Source: Ramazzottius varieornatus (taxonomy: Eukaryota; Animalia; Tardigrada). Taken from it: a DNA stretch of 64,000 bases. Made by a program: the position numbers and the translations under genes. The notes below the pieces were generated by a model. The model did no database searches. It had not been told where the DNA came from and saw only the letters and a list, made by a program, of their open reading frames with translations. The stretch spans positions 2,521,950 to 2,585,949 of the forward strand of contig BDGG01000003.1 in the NCBI GenBank assembly GCA_001949185.1. Reading direction: 5' to 3'. Each line of letters starts with the position of its first letter. Within the stretch, counting starts at the first letter, position 1. Shown in pieces: positions 24,105-35,633 of this stretch.

Positions 24105-24608
24105 TTGGTCTGTTTGGCTTTCTCGTTTGGTTCAAAATTCACCGTGTACTAAAATCTGAAATCTAGACTAAAGGTTAAAAGCAAACAGACCAAAGGTCGA
24201 ACCAGATAGACCAGTTGGCAGTTGGTTCGACCAATGCTTGGTCTAATCCGCTCTACTCAAACTACATAAAACTGTTTGAGTTTTCAAAATTCAACCTTCG
24301 GCTAAACTTACCCGACGCGGCAACACTGTATCCAATCGACATTGTACTGACTGAGTACCAAACCTACACAGGGTAATAAAATTGTTTTGTCGTATGTTAC
24401 ATTAGCTTCTCTTACTTCTTATTACGTCACAGGGCGCGCTCGCCATTAGGCGCAACCGCTGGTGATCACGTCACGTTAGTTGTCATTGATTAATGGTACA
24501 GAACCACGTGACCACCGGACTTAAGGAATGCATTTTTGACACTGTGTATAATGGGACCTGGGCGAACAGACGTGATAATATCGCCTGCCGAAGTGACGCA
24601 CGCGCAAG

Positions 24609-26016
24609 TCAAAAACGCTGAAAATATGCGTCACTTGGGAAACATCCCAACAAGATCATTTCAAGTGGCGCACGCTTTCTTCGCGGATAACACCGATAAT
24701 GTCTGCCAGTTAGATAAACGATCTTGTCGAGCATGTTTCCCGATCTTTTGTCGTAGGCAGGCCAACCTGGAGCGAAAGGAGTGGTGACGCCACTGGTTCG
24801 CGGATTAGGCTTCTTGGCGATGCCGGTCATGATGTACCCAGTAGTGCAGAAGACTGTGAGGAACTGGAGGGCGTCGTAGTACTCCCAATACTGATCCCGC
24901 GTCGGCATGTAGTAACAGGAGACGTAGTCAATGTAGTAGCCTATATAAAGATGGTGTGTGGACACTCTGGCCAATGTAGCTGTGTGGGCGCCCTGACCTG
25001 CCGGCGTCTTGCAGCACTTGTAGTTCTGTAGGTCGTCCGCAAACGGGATGGTCGTGAGCCAGTTTTCCTCATTGTCCCAGAACGCTAAGGTAAAGGTGAC
25101 CAGGAGCTCAAACATGACACCAGTGGCTACTGACATCTTACTCACCTGTAACGAAAGTGTTGCTGGTCTTCTCGTGCTGAGACTTATCGTAGCAAAACCA
25201 TTGGTTCGTGTAGTTCCGCACGTGGCAGCTGCAAATCACCAAACGGCGCCGTAGTTCGAGAAACGTTGTAAAGCCAGAAGGGTAAGAGAAACACGAACCT
25301 TGGGTAGTATGGGTACACTCCACCAGTTGGCGGCTTCTGAGGAAACCTGAAGCAACAGGTTGAAAGTAGAAGGTGTAGTTGCATTTATTGTATAGACCAA
25401 AAACGAGAAGAACGAACTCACATGAATCGACACCATACCGTACTCAGTCTCTGAAATGACACCCGGACTATTTTGTGGTTTCAATATGTGACCGGATCTT
25501 CCGGATTGAACTGTATTGTTAGCAAAAGCCGCACCTGACCTCAAAGTCGTCGAACCAGTCCCTTCGTACCGAAAACGGAAAACTTTTGAACAGACCAACA
25601 CGAAGAGAAACTTACTCCACTAATTATAAGGCAAATGTCTTACCCGATGCCTGAAAAGAAGGATGTAAATAAAGTATGTGCTTGACGCGCAAATCTTGAT
25701 TCTCAAAATCTGCGTTAAGATCAAGGGCTCACCGATTACAGCTTCTCCGTCGAGGCATTCCACCAGCCACTTGCGGTGAGCTAATATGCTGCCGCCGTGA
25801 AGCTGGTAAGTAGTGATGAAGGTATCGCCCTGTCAAATAGAGACGAATTTTGCCTCGATATTCTTGTGGTACAAATGATTGAGTCTTGATGGATGATGGT
25901 CGGCTTACCGTGGCATATGACAGGTAAGCTCCGTAATAACGAACAGTACCGGCAGAAAATGCAATTAGCGAAGTCAACACGATCAAACTCAAGGCAAGAC
26001 TGTTCGAGGACGCCAT
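24609..26016 (-). CDS. Secreted Cys/Tyr/Trp-rich protein, paralog A (~9 exons including 7-nt and 22-nt micro-exons); C-terminus possibly damaged
   Basis: Spliced model: MASSNSLALSLIVLTSLIAFSAG-TVRYYGAYLSYAT/GDTFITTYQLHGGSILAHRKWLVECLDGEAVI/GIG/DWFDDFE/RLSTVWCRFM/FPQKPPTGGVYPYYPS/CHVRNYTNQWFCYDK..NTFVT/AFWDNEENWL..YKCCKTPA/GYYIDYVSCYYMPTRDQYWEYYD..FCTTGYIMTGIAKKPNP. Each block is corroborated by the paralog at 26651-27785. Confidence 0.75.
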
Positions 26017-26650
26017 GGTCACACAAAGCTCAGAGCGGTTCCATAAAATTAGGGACATGCCTAGTTTTCTGCCGAAAGTAGCTGGGAAACCCTTGAAACC
26101 CAGAAGGAACGATTCGCACACCACTGAGGGCGCTGTTTAGCAAACCGGAAAAGCTGTTGACAAGATACTGTAGAAGAGTGAAGTTCTCAGGTCTTTGGCT
26201 CTCACATTCGTAAGGTCAATTGGAAACCGGAGCTAATTCTACTTTTCAATCATAAGGCTAAGCCTAAACTTTAGGTGTTAAAAACTCTGTCACAGAGGCC
26301 ACACAAAACAAGCGCCGGAAGCGGGCTGTTGTAACCGGCACCAGGACGTACAAAAAAATCCGAAGATGCAGTGTCAGTACATCATCTGCCCTGCGCGCTG
26401 ACATGCAGTCTTTATAAATTGAAGTTGTAAGAAAAGAAAAAATATTCACCTTGACACGGAGGTTGTTGCCTCATGAGTTCATGAACGATTTAGTTCCCAG
26501 CGCACAGATTCTCTCCGGAGCCGCGCTTTGGTAACTTTGAACAATGTGTTATATTTTTCGACATACTTGCTTTGTATAGAGTTTTAATTACATGATGAAC
26601 CTTCCTTCTAACGACTGATGAACAGAAGACCTCGATAATTCTGCCAATTT

Positions 26651-27785
26651 ATGGACAGGCAAATAATTACAATCTCTTTCTGCACCTCACTGTATTTCCT
26701 ACCATTTTCTATGGGAACTTATCGATATTACAATAGCTACATCACCTATGGAACGGTATGATTCATTTTCCTGTTGAATAAGCCGTGCTGTCAGTACTGT
26801 CTGAACTACCGTTCTCACACTTTAGCCTCTCGTGACCAATTTTTCCCGTTCACAGGGCGACACCATCATAAAAACGTATCACATGCATGGCGGACCTCCT
26901 GAACCTCTGCGGAAATGGAATGTCGAGTGTATGGACGGAGAAGCCGTGGTAAGCTTCACAGCGAGACCTTTCTCATAAAATACCCCGGCGCTACTAGACA
27001 TTGTCAGTACAGATCGGCATCAAGTAAGTACAGCCACACACCCTTACACATAAACACAAAATACTGAACAACCGTAAGTGATACGATTGCTGTGACTGGT
27101 GAGAGGATTTTGAGGTAGGAATCTGCATTGCCCCTTTTCCATGGAGAAACAAGCTTGAAGAAATCCTGAAGGTTCGTTCTAATGACAGAGAATACAGATT
27201 GCCTGGTGCAAATTCACCTTTCCCTTCAAGCCACCGGGTGACGGTGCCTTTCCTTACTACCCAACGTAAGCCCAGTCAAAGATCCAGCGAGAAGGAATTC
27301 TGGATAAACTTTTGACAGATGTCATACGAGGAACTTGACGCACCAGTGGCACTGTTACGATCCCTAAAACTCTACGGCAAGCGTCAACACATTCTTCACA
27401 GCCTTATCTTCCACCCAATACTTTTTCTTCACCTTCCGGCTACCCGGCCCTGATTCCATCCAGCCCTACAAATGCTGCAAGACGCCAACAGGTAGGGGTG
27501 TCATTAAGCAGCCACATTGTTTCGGGTTTCTACACACCATCTTTATCTAGGTTATTACATCGATTATATCTCCTGTAGTCCTGCTACTACATGCCGACCC
27601 ACGACCTGGACTGGGAGTACTACGACTCCGAACACCACTTCACAGTCTACTGCGCAGAAGTCTACGTCATGACGGGAGTTTCGAAGAAGCTCAATCCTTG
27701 GGCCCGTGAGTACCGGATGGAATGGATTCAGTGCCGTCGTATGGGATACGGGAAACCTTACAACGTTCAACCACCGGTCGTATAG
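26651..27785 (+). pseudogene. Pseudogenised paralog B of the secreted Cys/aromatic-rich protein
   Basis: MDRQIITISFCTSLYFLPFSMGTYRYYNSYITYGT/GDTIIKTYHMHGG..RKWNVECMDGEAV/IGI/DW*EDFE/RIQIAWCKFTFPFKPP..YYPT/CHTRNLTHQWHCYDP*..YKCCKTPT/GYYIDYISC(frameshift)MPTHDLDWEYYD..MTGVSKKLNP..WIQCR; in-frame stops, a frameshift and a lost acceptor. Confidence 0.8.
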
Positions 27786-28414
27786 GCAGATTCGGGCGCG
27801 GCGGCCCATCGTTCGCCTCCTAACAGTGCGCCCACCTGTCGGCATACCTTCTGGCTACAGTGGACAGTACAAGTCGCTGGACAACCGGTGGGACAAGAGT
27901 CGCATGAGAAGCTTCCTGGATTACACAGACCGAACAGCCGGAAACAAGACGTAACAGAAGAAGGGGAAAAATATGTTTTGGTCCGGCCTCAGCTGTTCCG
28001 TGTGTCTTCTTCTCATTTGAGATCTGATCCCTACGCTAAATCTATGCGTTAGCCACGGTTCGTTCACGTGTTTCTAACCTGTTGTAACTTTAGTGAAGTC
28101 AACACTGACTGGACATTGTCCACCCAAACGTTCGCTACTTCGCACTCTAGGTCAGATGTGTATCGAGGGAGTACTTTCCATGGCCATGGCTACTCATACC
28201 TACACTGTTTTCGAACCATCCCCTGTTGTGCGTCAGCCGGATGTGGGTAGTGCAAACGATAACGGGCGATTAAAATCGCATCAAAACAGTACTGAGTTAC
28301 TGTAGTATGCGTTTCGCTAGCATGGTTGAAACCTGAAACGTTTCGCAAGGAAAGTAGAGCAACTTAGTCACAAAATCCCCCTTTCGAGTAACTGCCGAAA
28401 ACAAGGCTGTCAGA

Positions 28415-29343
28415 ATGTCGCTGACGGGGACCCCATCAACCACGCCCCAATTCTCATTCCTTCTACGGAGTACCCTAATCTATAGCTGCTGGATAACCGC
28501 TTGCGTTCTGGCTGACACGACAGGTAAGTTCAATTTTACAGAAAGCGAGACAAACCATCGGTAAAAATGACAGCGGTGAATGGGAAGATCATCTCATAAC
28601 CCCAATTCAACAGGCAACGGCAATGCAATAATCGCCCCTGTTCTTCCCAACAACACATCAAATAACAGCAGTACCGGACAAGCATCGGTCCTAGCAAACG
28701 GTAACGCGGATAACGGGGGTGGAAAGGCTCCGGCTATCCTAAACAAGACATTCGAGGTCCACACCGCCTCGCAGCTGATCAACCTGACAATCAACTGGAA
28801 GATCGACAACTTCATCTTCCTCCTGGACCAAGCCGAATTACGGTCTCCACTGGTCTCCAGCGAGAGTATCGGCATAACGGAAGCCGATGGAGATTGGCAG
28901 TTAATCCTAAACCCCACAAAAACCATCGCCGGAAAAGACTACGTTAGCCTCAATGTGGAGAGGAGTGGCGCCACCTTCGGCAACGTCACCGGACGCTTTG
29001 GCTTTTAGTAAGAGTTCCTGGATTGAATATACCTCTTCGGAAAACGTTGATGTCACGTAAATAATGTACCTTGCTCTTTGTTTCTAGTATTTTGGACAAA
29101 AAGGGTGGTGAAGCCTACTCGCTGTTTGACGAGATCACCAATGTTTTTACAGTGGACCCACCCGAGAATTTTTGGGGATGGGAAAAGTTCATCGCGCACA
29201 GCGTACTGCTTCCCAGTTTGAAACCCTCATTGACAGCACTAACAACGCCGCGGAAGAACTTGCTCGTCAATGGCGCACTACATATTCGAGCAAGACTAGA
29301 GTTCCTAAGTCCCGTCCTCGTCACCGGCGCACTGAAAGAATAA
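28415..29343 (+). CDS. Stand-alone MATH/TRAF-domain protein with predicted signal peptide; exons 28415-28523, 28614-29007, 29088-29343
   Basis: INWKIDNF..VSSES..WQLILNP..KDYVSLNVE..VTGRFGFYILDKKG..FWGWEKFI..LLVNGALHIRARLE is a SPOP-like MATH pattern; no BTB follows. An in-phase upstream exon encodes MSLTGTPSTTPQFSFLLRSTLIYSCWITACVLA-DTT. Confidence 0.75.
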
Positions 29344-29619
29344 ACTTCATCCTCCCAAGTTAAGGATTCACCGAGTTGTCACATGAATTTTGCTGAAAAT
29401 TTGTCTCGCTGTTTGACGTGCTGGCGTGCCAGCAAGAGTCAAATACAGGCTATAAGGAACAACGAGTAAATAAAACAAAAATTCTGCTACCATATATGGT
29501 AATGGAAGTCGCAAGGAACAAAAGCCGAAGCAGATGCATCGAAGTAGGAATATCGCAAAACAGACCGTCGAAGGAGCACAGCTGCCCGAGAGAATACACT
29601 TCCTGGTTCGTATCGCCTA

Positions 29620-30512
29620 TCACACCATATGCTCGGGAACAATCTCGAGATCCATGTTCCGCCGGATGATTTCCAACCACATCTTTGTGAAATGATTGTC
29701 CCAGTAAGGCAGAAAGAACAACGCCTGCACAGAGATTCTCATTGTTTATCCCTGCCCTCATTATCGCAGAAAAAGCCTGTTCTTGTTCTCTTAAACCACT
29801 TACCAAATTTAGGATAAGTGGAATCGGCGGAGGAATAATCAGCCTGCAAAAACATGGCACATAGGTATTATATAAAGCTGCTTCCAGTTCCCGCGCAGAT
29901 TCAAAGATTCCCTGGACCATAACTAATGTCAACGCACTTACGGAAGTGCTCCTGATGAAAAACAGTAAACCTGCAACAGTGCAAATTACGATCCAAATAA
30001 GCCCACCTATTAGTGATCAGAGGCGGAAGTACAGCAAAGCTCAGTTAACAGGACACTATAACCGTGGTCTGTCCAATCGGAATGCCCTAGCAGCCATCCG
30101 AGGAATGATAGAAGAGTTACCTTGGCGAGAGTGGTACCGTTGCCACTATCATGGAAGCTAATCTCGACTACGTCCAGCCACTGAATCTTGGAGAAACAGT
30201 AACATTGAACGAAGAGTCGATTCTTGTCCGTCTTTGACAGGGAGATTACTTTGCCATCAAACTCCTTATCCTCCAGCTTGGTCAGAGCCTTCACAGCATC
30301 GTCAAAAGCTTCCTGTGGTGTCGCCATCTTAATAATCCAGCTGTGAAGGAAGTCACCAGCATTTTGCAAATTATCGCGGAGTACTGTATATACAGCAACA
30401 AAATCACTTACCGTTCTCTTCTGCTGTGAAGCTTTTTGATCCCCGGAATCCAAACAGCTGGACGCAAAGCTGCTTGAATAGGAGCCTGGCAGGTAGCGAA
30501 TAAGCAAGTCAT
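29620..30512 (-). CDS. Uncharacterised small protein (DUF1499-like), ~5 exons
   Basis: Spliced: MTCLFATCQAPIQAALRPAVWIPGIKKLHSRRER/WIIKMATPQEAFDDAVKAL..CFSKIQWLDVVEISF..TLAK/VYCFSSGALP/LIIPPPIPLILNL/ALFFLPYWDNHFTKMWLEIIRRNM..; splice phases consistent; family assignment from remembered motif similarity only. Confidence 0.6.
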
Positions 30513-31451
30513 GCTGAGTATTCATGCAGGGTGATCATTCCAAGAGAGCCATGAAGCACGGGAGGTGGATCAAGCGAAGTTGCGAATACAAACTGCCGCC
30601 GGAAGCAGTTGCTAACCAGAGCCTCGTTCGTCCAACCTCTACCGACGCTCGAGCCAGCGATTCACAGCTCACTCTGAAATCAATGGTCTGTCTAGCGCTT
30701 GGAGTCGGAATGGCGGATACAGGTTGGGAATATAATTCATGAACTAATCCTGCTTCTAGAATGTCGAGCGCGGGTATCGCCGTATCCAGTAGACTAACTG
30801 GACCTTGTTGTGGTTTTCAAGTTTTCATTTCCGACCTTGGCCTTTAGGGTGGTCTTCGATTTCGGTACGCGGCTTCTATTTCGAATCAATGGATACGCCG
30901 AATCAAGTCAGTCACATTTGGCTTTATAGCCCCTAGAATTTTTGGGGAACTCGATACGCCTCAGGGCCCGTAGTAAACCAGTTGTTTTTAATGTTTGATA
31001 CCACACATATATAAGATTTGTGAAATTGGCTCGACTGGCCTTAGAGTGCAGACGGCGGAAGACTGGAGTGATACCGTCTGGTAGCGTCTTGCCATCTTCA
31101 AAGTCAAGATCTCTACTCCGGCTCCGGCTTAGCACGTGGATAGCGTGGGAGAACTTCATGGCTGTATGATGAGCCCTGGAATTCGTTTTCCTTCATCGCC
31201 GGAAATGTTAATTGGCATTATTGCTTTTGACCGACTCATCTACTCTTGAGCGCCACGTCTGACCAGCTGATAGGAAAACCTGTTTTGGATTGCTGTGCCA
31301 CCTCTTCATGTCTCTTGACGACCACTGATACGGCGGATGTGCACCAGCGGAGAAATGGCACCTTGCAGTTGTCAGTGCGTAGCCACTCACTGTGACGATT
31401 TTTTCACACGCCAAGCTGGACGATTGTTCTCTCTAGTTTCGGACTTTCACC

Positions 31452-34400
31452 ATGAAGGATTCAGAGCAACAATCCTCTTCGGTGGACGCCCCCATCATCA
31501 ATGAAACTCAGCCGGAAGCGGACAAAGAAGTTAGCAGTCCAAAAGAAGTTGGCAGTCCAGAAGAAGTTCCGGTTGACGCAGCGAGCGCGGCAGATGAGAC
31601 CGATATTTGGAAAAATATACAGTCGAAAATGGACCGAGCCAAATCGATGGTCTTTGCGGCAACATCACCTATTCCGTTCCACTATGTCACTGTACGGAAC
31701 ATCAAGCTCTTCGCTTTCCTGGTTACTTTGTGCTTCATTATATACCATGGAAGTCAACGCAGATTCGGCAATAACGATACGTGTGAATGGCTGCTGCGGG
31801 AAGGTCGAGTTCAAGGGAATAACTTGTGGCAACCGAATGGCTGCATGATGCACGTCTACACTCAAGCGTAAGAGATCATCTATCCCGAAAATATGATCAC
31901 TCTCTGCGTCGCTACAGGATAAGTTTGCGAAACACTCGCTTAGCAAAATGATCTTTTGTTTACCTCGTATGACTATCAAGCCTGATATTATTAGCTAGAG
32001 CAAGAAGAGCAAGTCGGCCATCCGTGTTTCATCAAGTTACACTGGCAAAATTCGAGAGTGGCCGAGTTACCGTTCCTGGCCCGTGGTTGGTTTTATTGGA
32101 ATTACTTTGTGTTTGATCTGCCAAATTCTCTTCTGTTTCGTAGGCAAGCCAGAGTGTGCATACGGCAAACCAGAAGTAAATTCACCTCGAGCTCCGCAGT
32201 TTTCATCGGTGATTCGCGTCTGAGGTACCTCTTCAACGCTACCGTGAAGCACATCACGGGTTCCGAGCCCGTCTATCCCGAAGGAAAGCATAAAGACCTC
32301 ACCGTCACAGACCAAGGTTTGAATCTCACAATGAAGTTTTACTGGAAGCCATTCGTCGATCAAGACATGCAAAAGCAGCTCGACAACATAAAGGACGAAA
32401 TGAACCGGGCTGGCGGTACAGTACCATTCTTGGTGCTTGTATCATCCGGAACATGGACCATGAAGACGACCAATGCATCGGAAGCAGCTTTCAAAGAGTA
32501 CAAGAAGAACCTGACGGACTTATCACCCTCGCTGGATGACATCGCGAAGAAGACAAGAGTCTTGTGGGTTCTTCAAGATCCGGTGTTTGAACGGCTACTT
32601 TCACCTGAAAGAGCCATGATAGATAACAGCCAAATCAGCAAGTACAACTGGGCAGCTGAAGTAAGTCTGTTGTTGGGTTGCGGGGACGTATGGTGTGGTG
32701 TTCACAGCTGTTCTTTTTCAGGAAATCTTCAGAGGATCGAACGTGAGGGTGTGGTCTTCGAGTCACCTGGTTTTCTGGTACTTGGGGGACTCGAAAGATG
32801 GTATTCACATGGGCAACGAAGGTCTTCGTCAGACAGTCCAAATTTTCCTGAACTACCACTGCAACCACGAAATGCGGCATCGTGATGCGACGTGCTGCAT
32901 CAACGCTGAACCGCTCCACTCCATGCAGATCGCCGCTTTGAGCATCTTTGGAGTGTTCATTTTAACAGCCATCGTGGTACTGTTCCGAGAGTATGGCACA
33001 GTGGTGGCACGGAACCTGCGGATGTACATGAAGCGTCAGCCGCTGTACACCAACGGTAGCGCTTTCCATGATAAACCACTGACTATAAGGGATGCTCGCT
33101 TGCCGAAGAAAGTCAAGACCAGATACGAGGTGTTTTGTGAGACTATGATGGCGCTGGGAAAGTTGGGTCTGATCATGGGATACTTCGTCCTGTGTGACCG
33201 AACTGATTTCTTCAAGAAAGAGAACAAGTACTACAGCAATGTGAATTTCTTCGTTCCCTTGACGTACATTTTCTTGATTGGACTGTTCTTCTCTGAGAAC
33301 AGCGATCAGGTGCGTTCATAATGATATCTAGGAGTTCGGTAAACGAACTGGACAAGATTGTTTTTCCAAGTGGCGCAGGCTTTCAGCCAATACACTGGAA
33401 ACGTGCCACTTGACGAAACAGCTCTGTTAAGTTTGTGTGCCGAGCTCCGATTAGAAGAATATTTTGAAATGACTTGTTGTTATAATAATTTTTTGTTCTT
33501 TAAGTAGTCGTGCTTTGAGAATCTGGACGCAGTATTGGTTTTTTTTCCAGAGTGGCCTACTGCATCGGGATCAGACGGACGACTGGAAAGGCTGGATGCA
33601 GTTCGTCATCCTGGTCTACCACTTCACAGCCGGCAGTACCCAGCTACCCATCTACATGCACGTCCGAACGTTGGTGTCTTCCTACCTCTTCCTGAATGGA
33701 TACGCACACTTCATGTACTTCTGGAACAAGGCCGATATCAGTGCTTACCGCTTCTTCCAAATTGTCTTTCGCATGAACCTCCTGGTCTTCTGCCTGTGCA
33801 TCTTTATGAATCGCCAATACCAGTTTTACTATTTCGTAAGGCAGCATAATCATCATGGTTTTAACCTTTTTAATTTCAACCAATCTCTGTTTCAGGTTCC
33901 GTTGGTGACTTTCTGGTTCATCGTAACCTACCTCACGATGGCACTTCCGCCTCGCGTTTCCGAAGCTTCTGCTGCAACCAACTCTCGCCACTACGTCTAC
34001 ATGATAATCAAGTTCATTCTGGTCTTCGGGCTGATAACGACCCTATACATTTCTGAAGACTTCTTCAGACGGATCTTTATGATGAAGCCATGGGCAGCGC
34101 TGTTCCGTCTCGGTGACAACATCCACGAGTGGTTCTTCCGGTGGAAGCTGGACCGGTACTCCGTCCTCCAAGGCATGGTCTTCGGATTCCTAGTGGCCTA
34201 TGCTCGGAAGCACGGCTGGTTCAACGAAGGCATGTCGCAGAACCTGTTCAACTTCCGGCCCTCCATGTTCGTGCTTGCCGGTGGCTTCGTAGGCTTGTTC
34301 GGTTACTCGGTGTTCACTTTCCTGTGTCCTCGTAAAGAGCAATGCAACGAGATTCATTCGTACGTTGTTTGGGCACCAATCTTGGGCTTCATCGCGGTGA

Positions 34401-34720
34401 GGAATGTGTTTGGGGTGGTGAGAAGGCGGTACAGCACGCTGTTTGCCTGGGCAGGCAGAGTTTCCTTAGAATTGTTTATTGTACAGTTTCATGTCTGGCT
34501 GGCAGCTGATACTTATGGAATTCTAGTCTTCATTCCAGGTTACCCAATGTTGAATGTTATTCTTACTAGCTTTATTTATGTTTGTGTTGCTCATGAGGTC
34601 CATGTTGTCACGGGCGTTCTAGCGGAACACCTTGTTCCGAAAGACTGGAGGTATCTAAGTTTAGCAGTAGCTTTGTTTGGCATTTTACTGGGAGTTTTAG
34701 CGGTCTGTTATGGACTATGA
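31452..34720 (+). CDS. CASD1: CAS1-domain O-acetyltransferase (sialate 9-O-acetyltransferase family), 5 exons
   Basis: CEWLLREGR..WQPNGCMMHVY, FIGDSRLR (catalytic Ser), DGIH (DxxH), LHRDQTDDWKGWMQFVILVYH, LVSSYLFLNGY, HEWFFRWKLDRYS, GRVSLELFIVQFHVWLAADT; multi-TM Cas1p domain. Confidence 0.95.
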
Positions 34721-35633
34721 ATAGATACGGTAAATGTGAAAACGACAGACGGATCTTTGTCGGCTTTAAGGCGGTTCGCCCTATAGTGGACTTTCTGACA
34801 ACTGTCAGTTACTGTGAACGCAAGCACAAAATGCTGTAGAGTTCAAAGTTGTACAGGGCCCAGTACGGAAACGGCCAAAACAGACACCTCATACACGAGT
34901 ATTGCGCATGCTTCACTTCGGAGCGACGACTTCCGGTGAGTAGTCCTCATGTCTTCTTCCGCTATGTCCTCGGAAGCTTCAGATGATATCATACCGACAA
35001 CTTTCCTGGAGCTCAGTCATTGGTTGGGCCTCGGGACGGTGGCTCGCGATAGCTAAGCAAACCGGTCTGATTAAAGTACGATGGATAAATTATACCGTCG
35101 AAGAACTCAGCGACACCATTGATTTCTATTTCAGAAATATCGTATAGGTACTATAGGATTTTTTCCCCTACCATTAAACTCTCCGTCTTCAAAGAAACAT
35201 ATCCTCGCTGTGAACACGACTGAATGGAAATCCGCCGGAAAAATTGTGGTCAACGTCTAGCATTTCCTCTTTTCGAGGAAGTCGGTTCAGCTAGTAGGGA
35301 CAGCCAGTATGTTATATTTTCCCGCACTGTCATCTGAATTTCGTGATTCGAGCTACCGGCTGAGAAAGGTTCGGTCTGCAGGAAACTGGGCAATTTGCGT
35401 TCGCCATTTAGCAGCGAACTCGGAGTCACTACTATTTCCAGGTTGACGCCTTTCCTCCAAACCTCGGTCGTCCGGTCGTAAACAAACTGCGCGCAGATTC
35501 CAGGAATTTTGATTCCATTCGCTTGGAGTGCTACCTCATTGGCCTTCAGCACTGCAGTTCCCTCAGGTTGATTCTTGGTGAAAATATACTACTAGCTCAC
35601 GCTTTCAACGTAGAGCAGGTTAGCGTTCTCATA

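Noticed and set aside
31452-34720. CASD1 as a horizontal transfer or novelty
   Set aside because: CASD1 is broadly conserved in animals including insects; intron-containing and ordinary.
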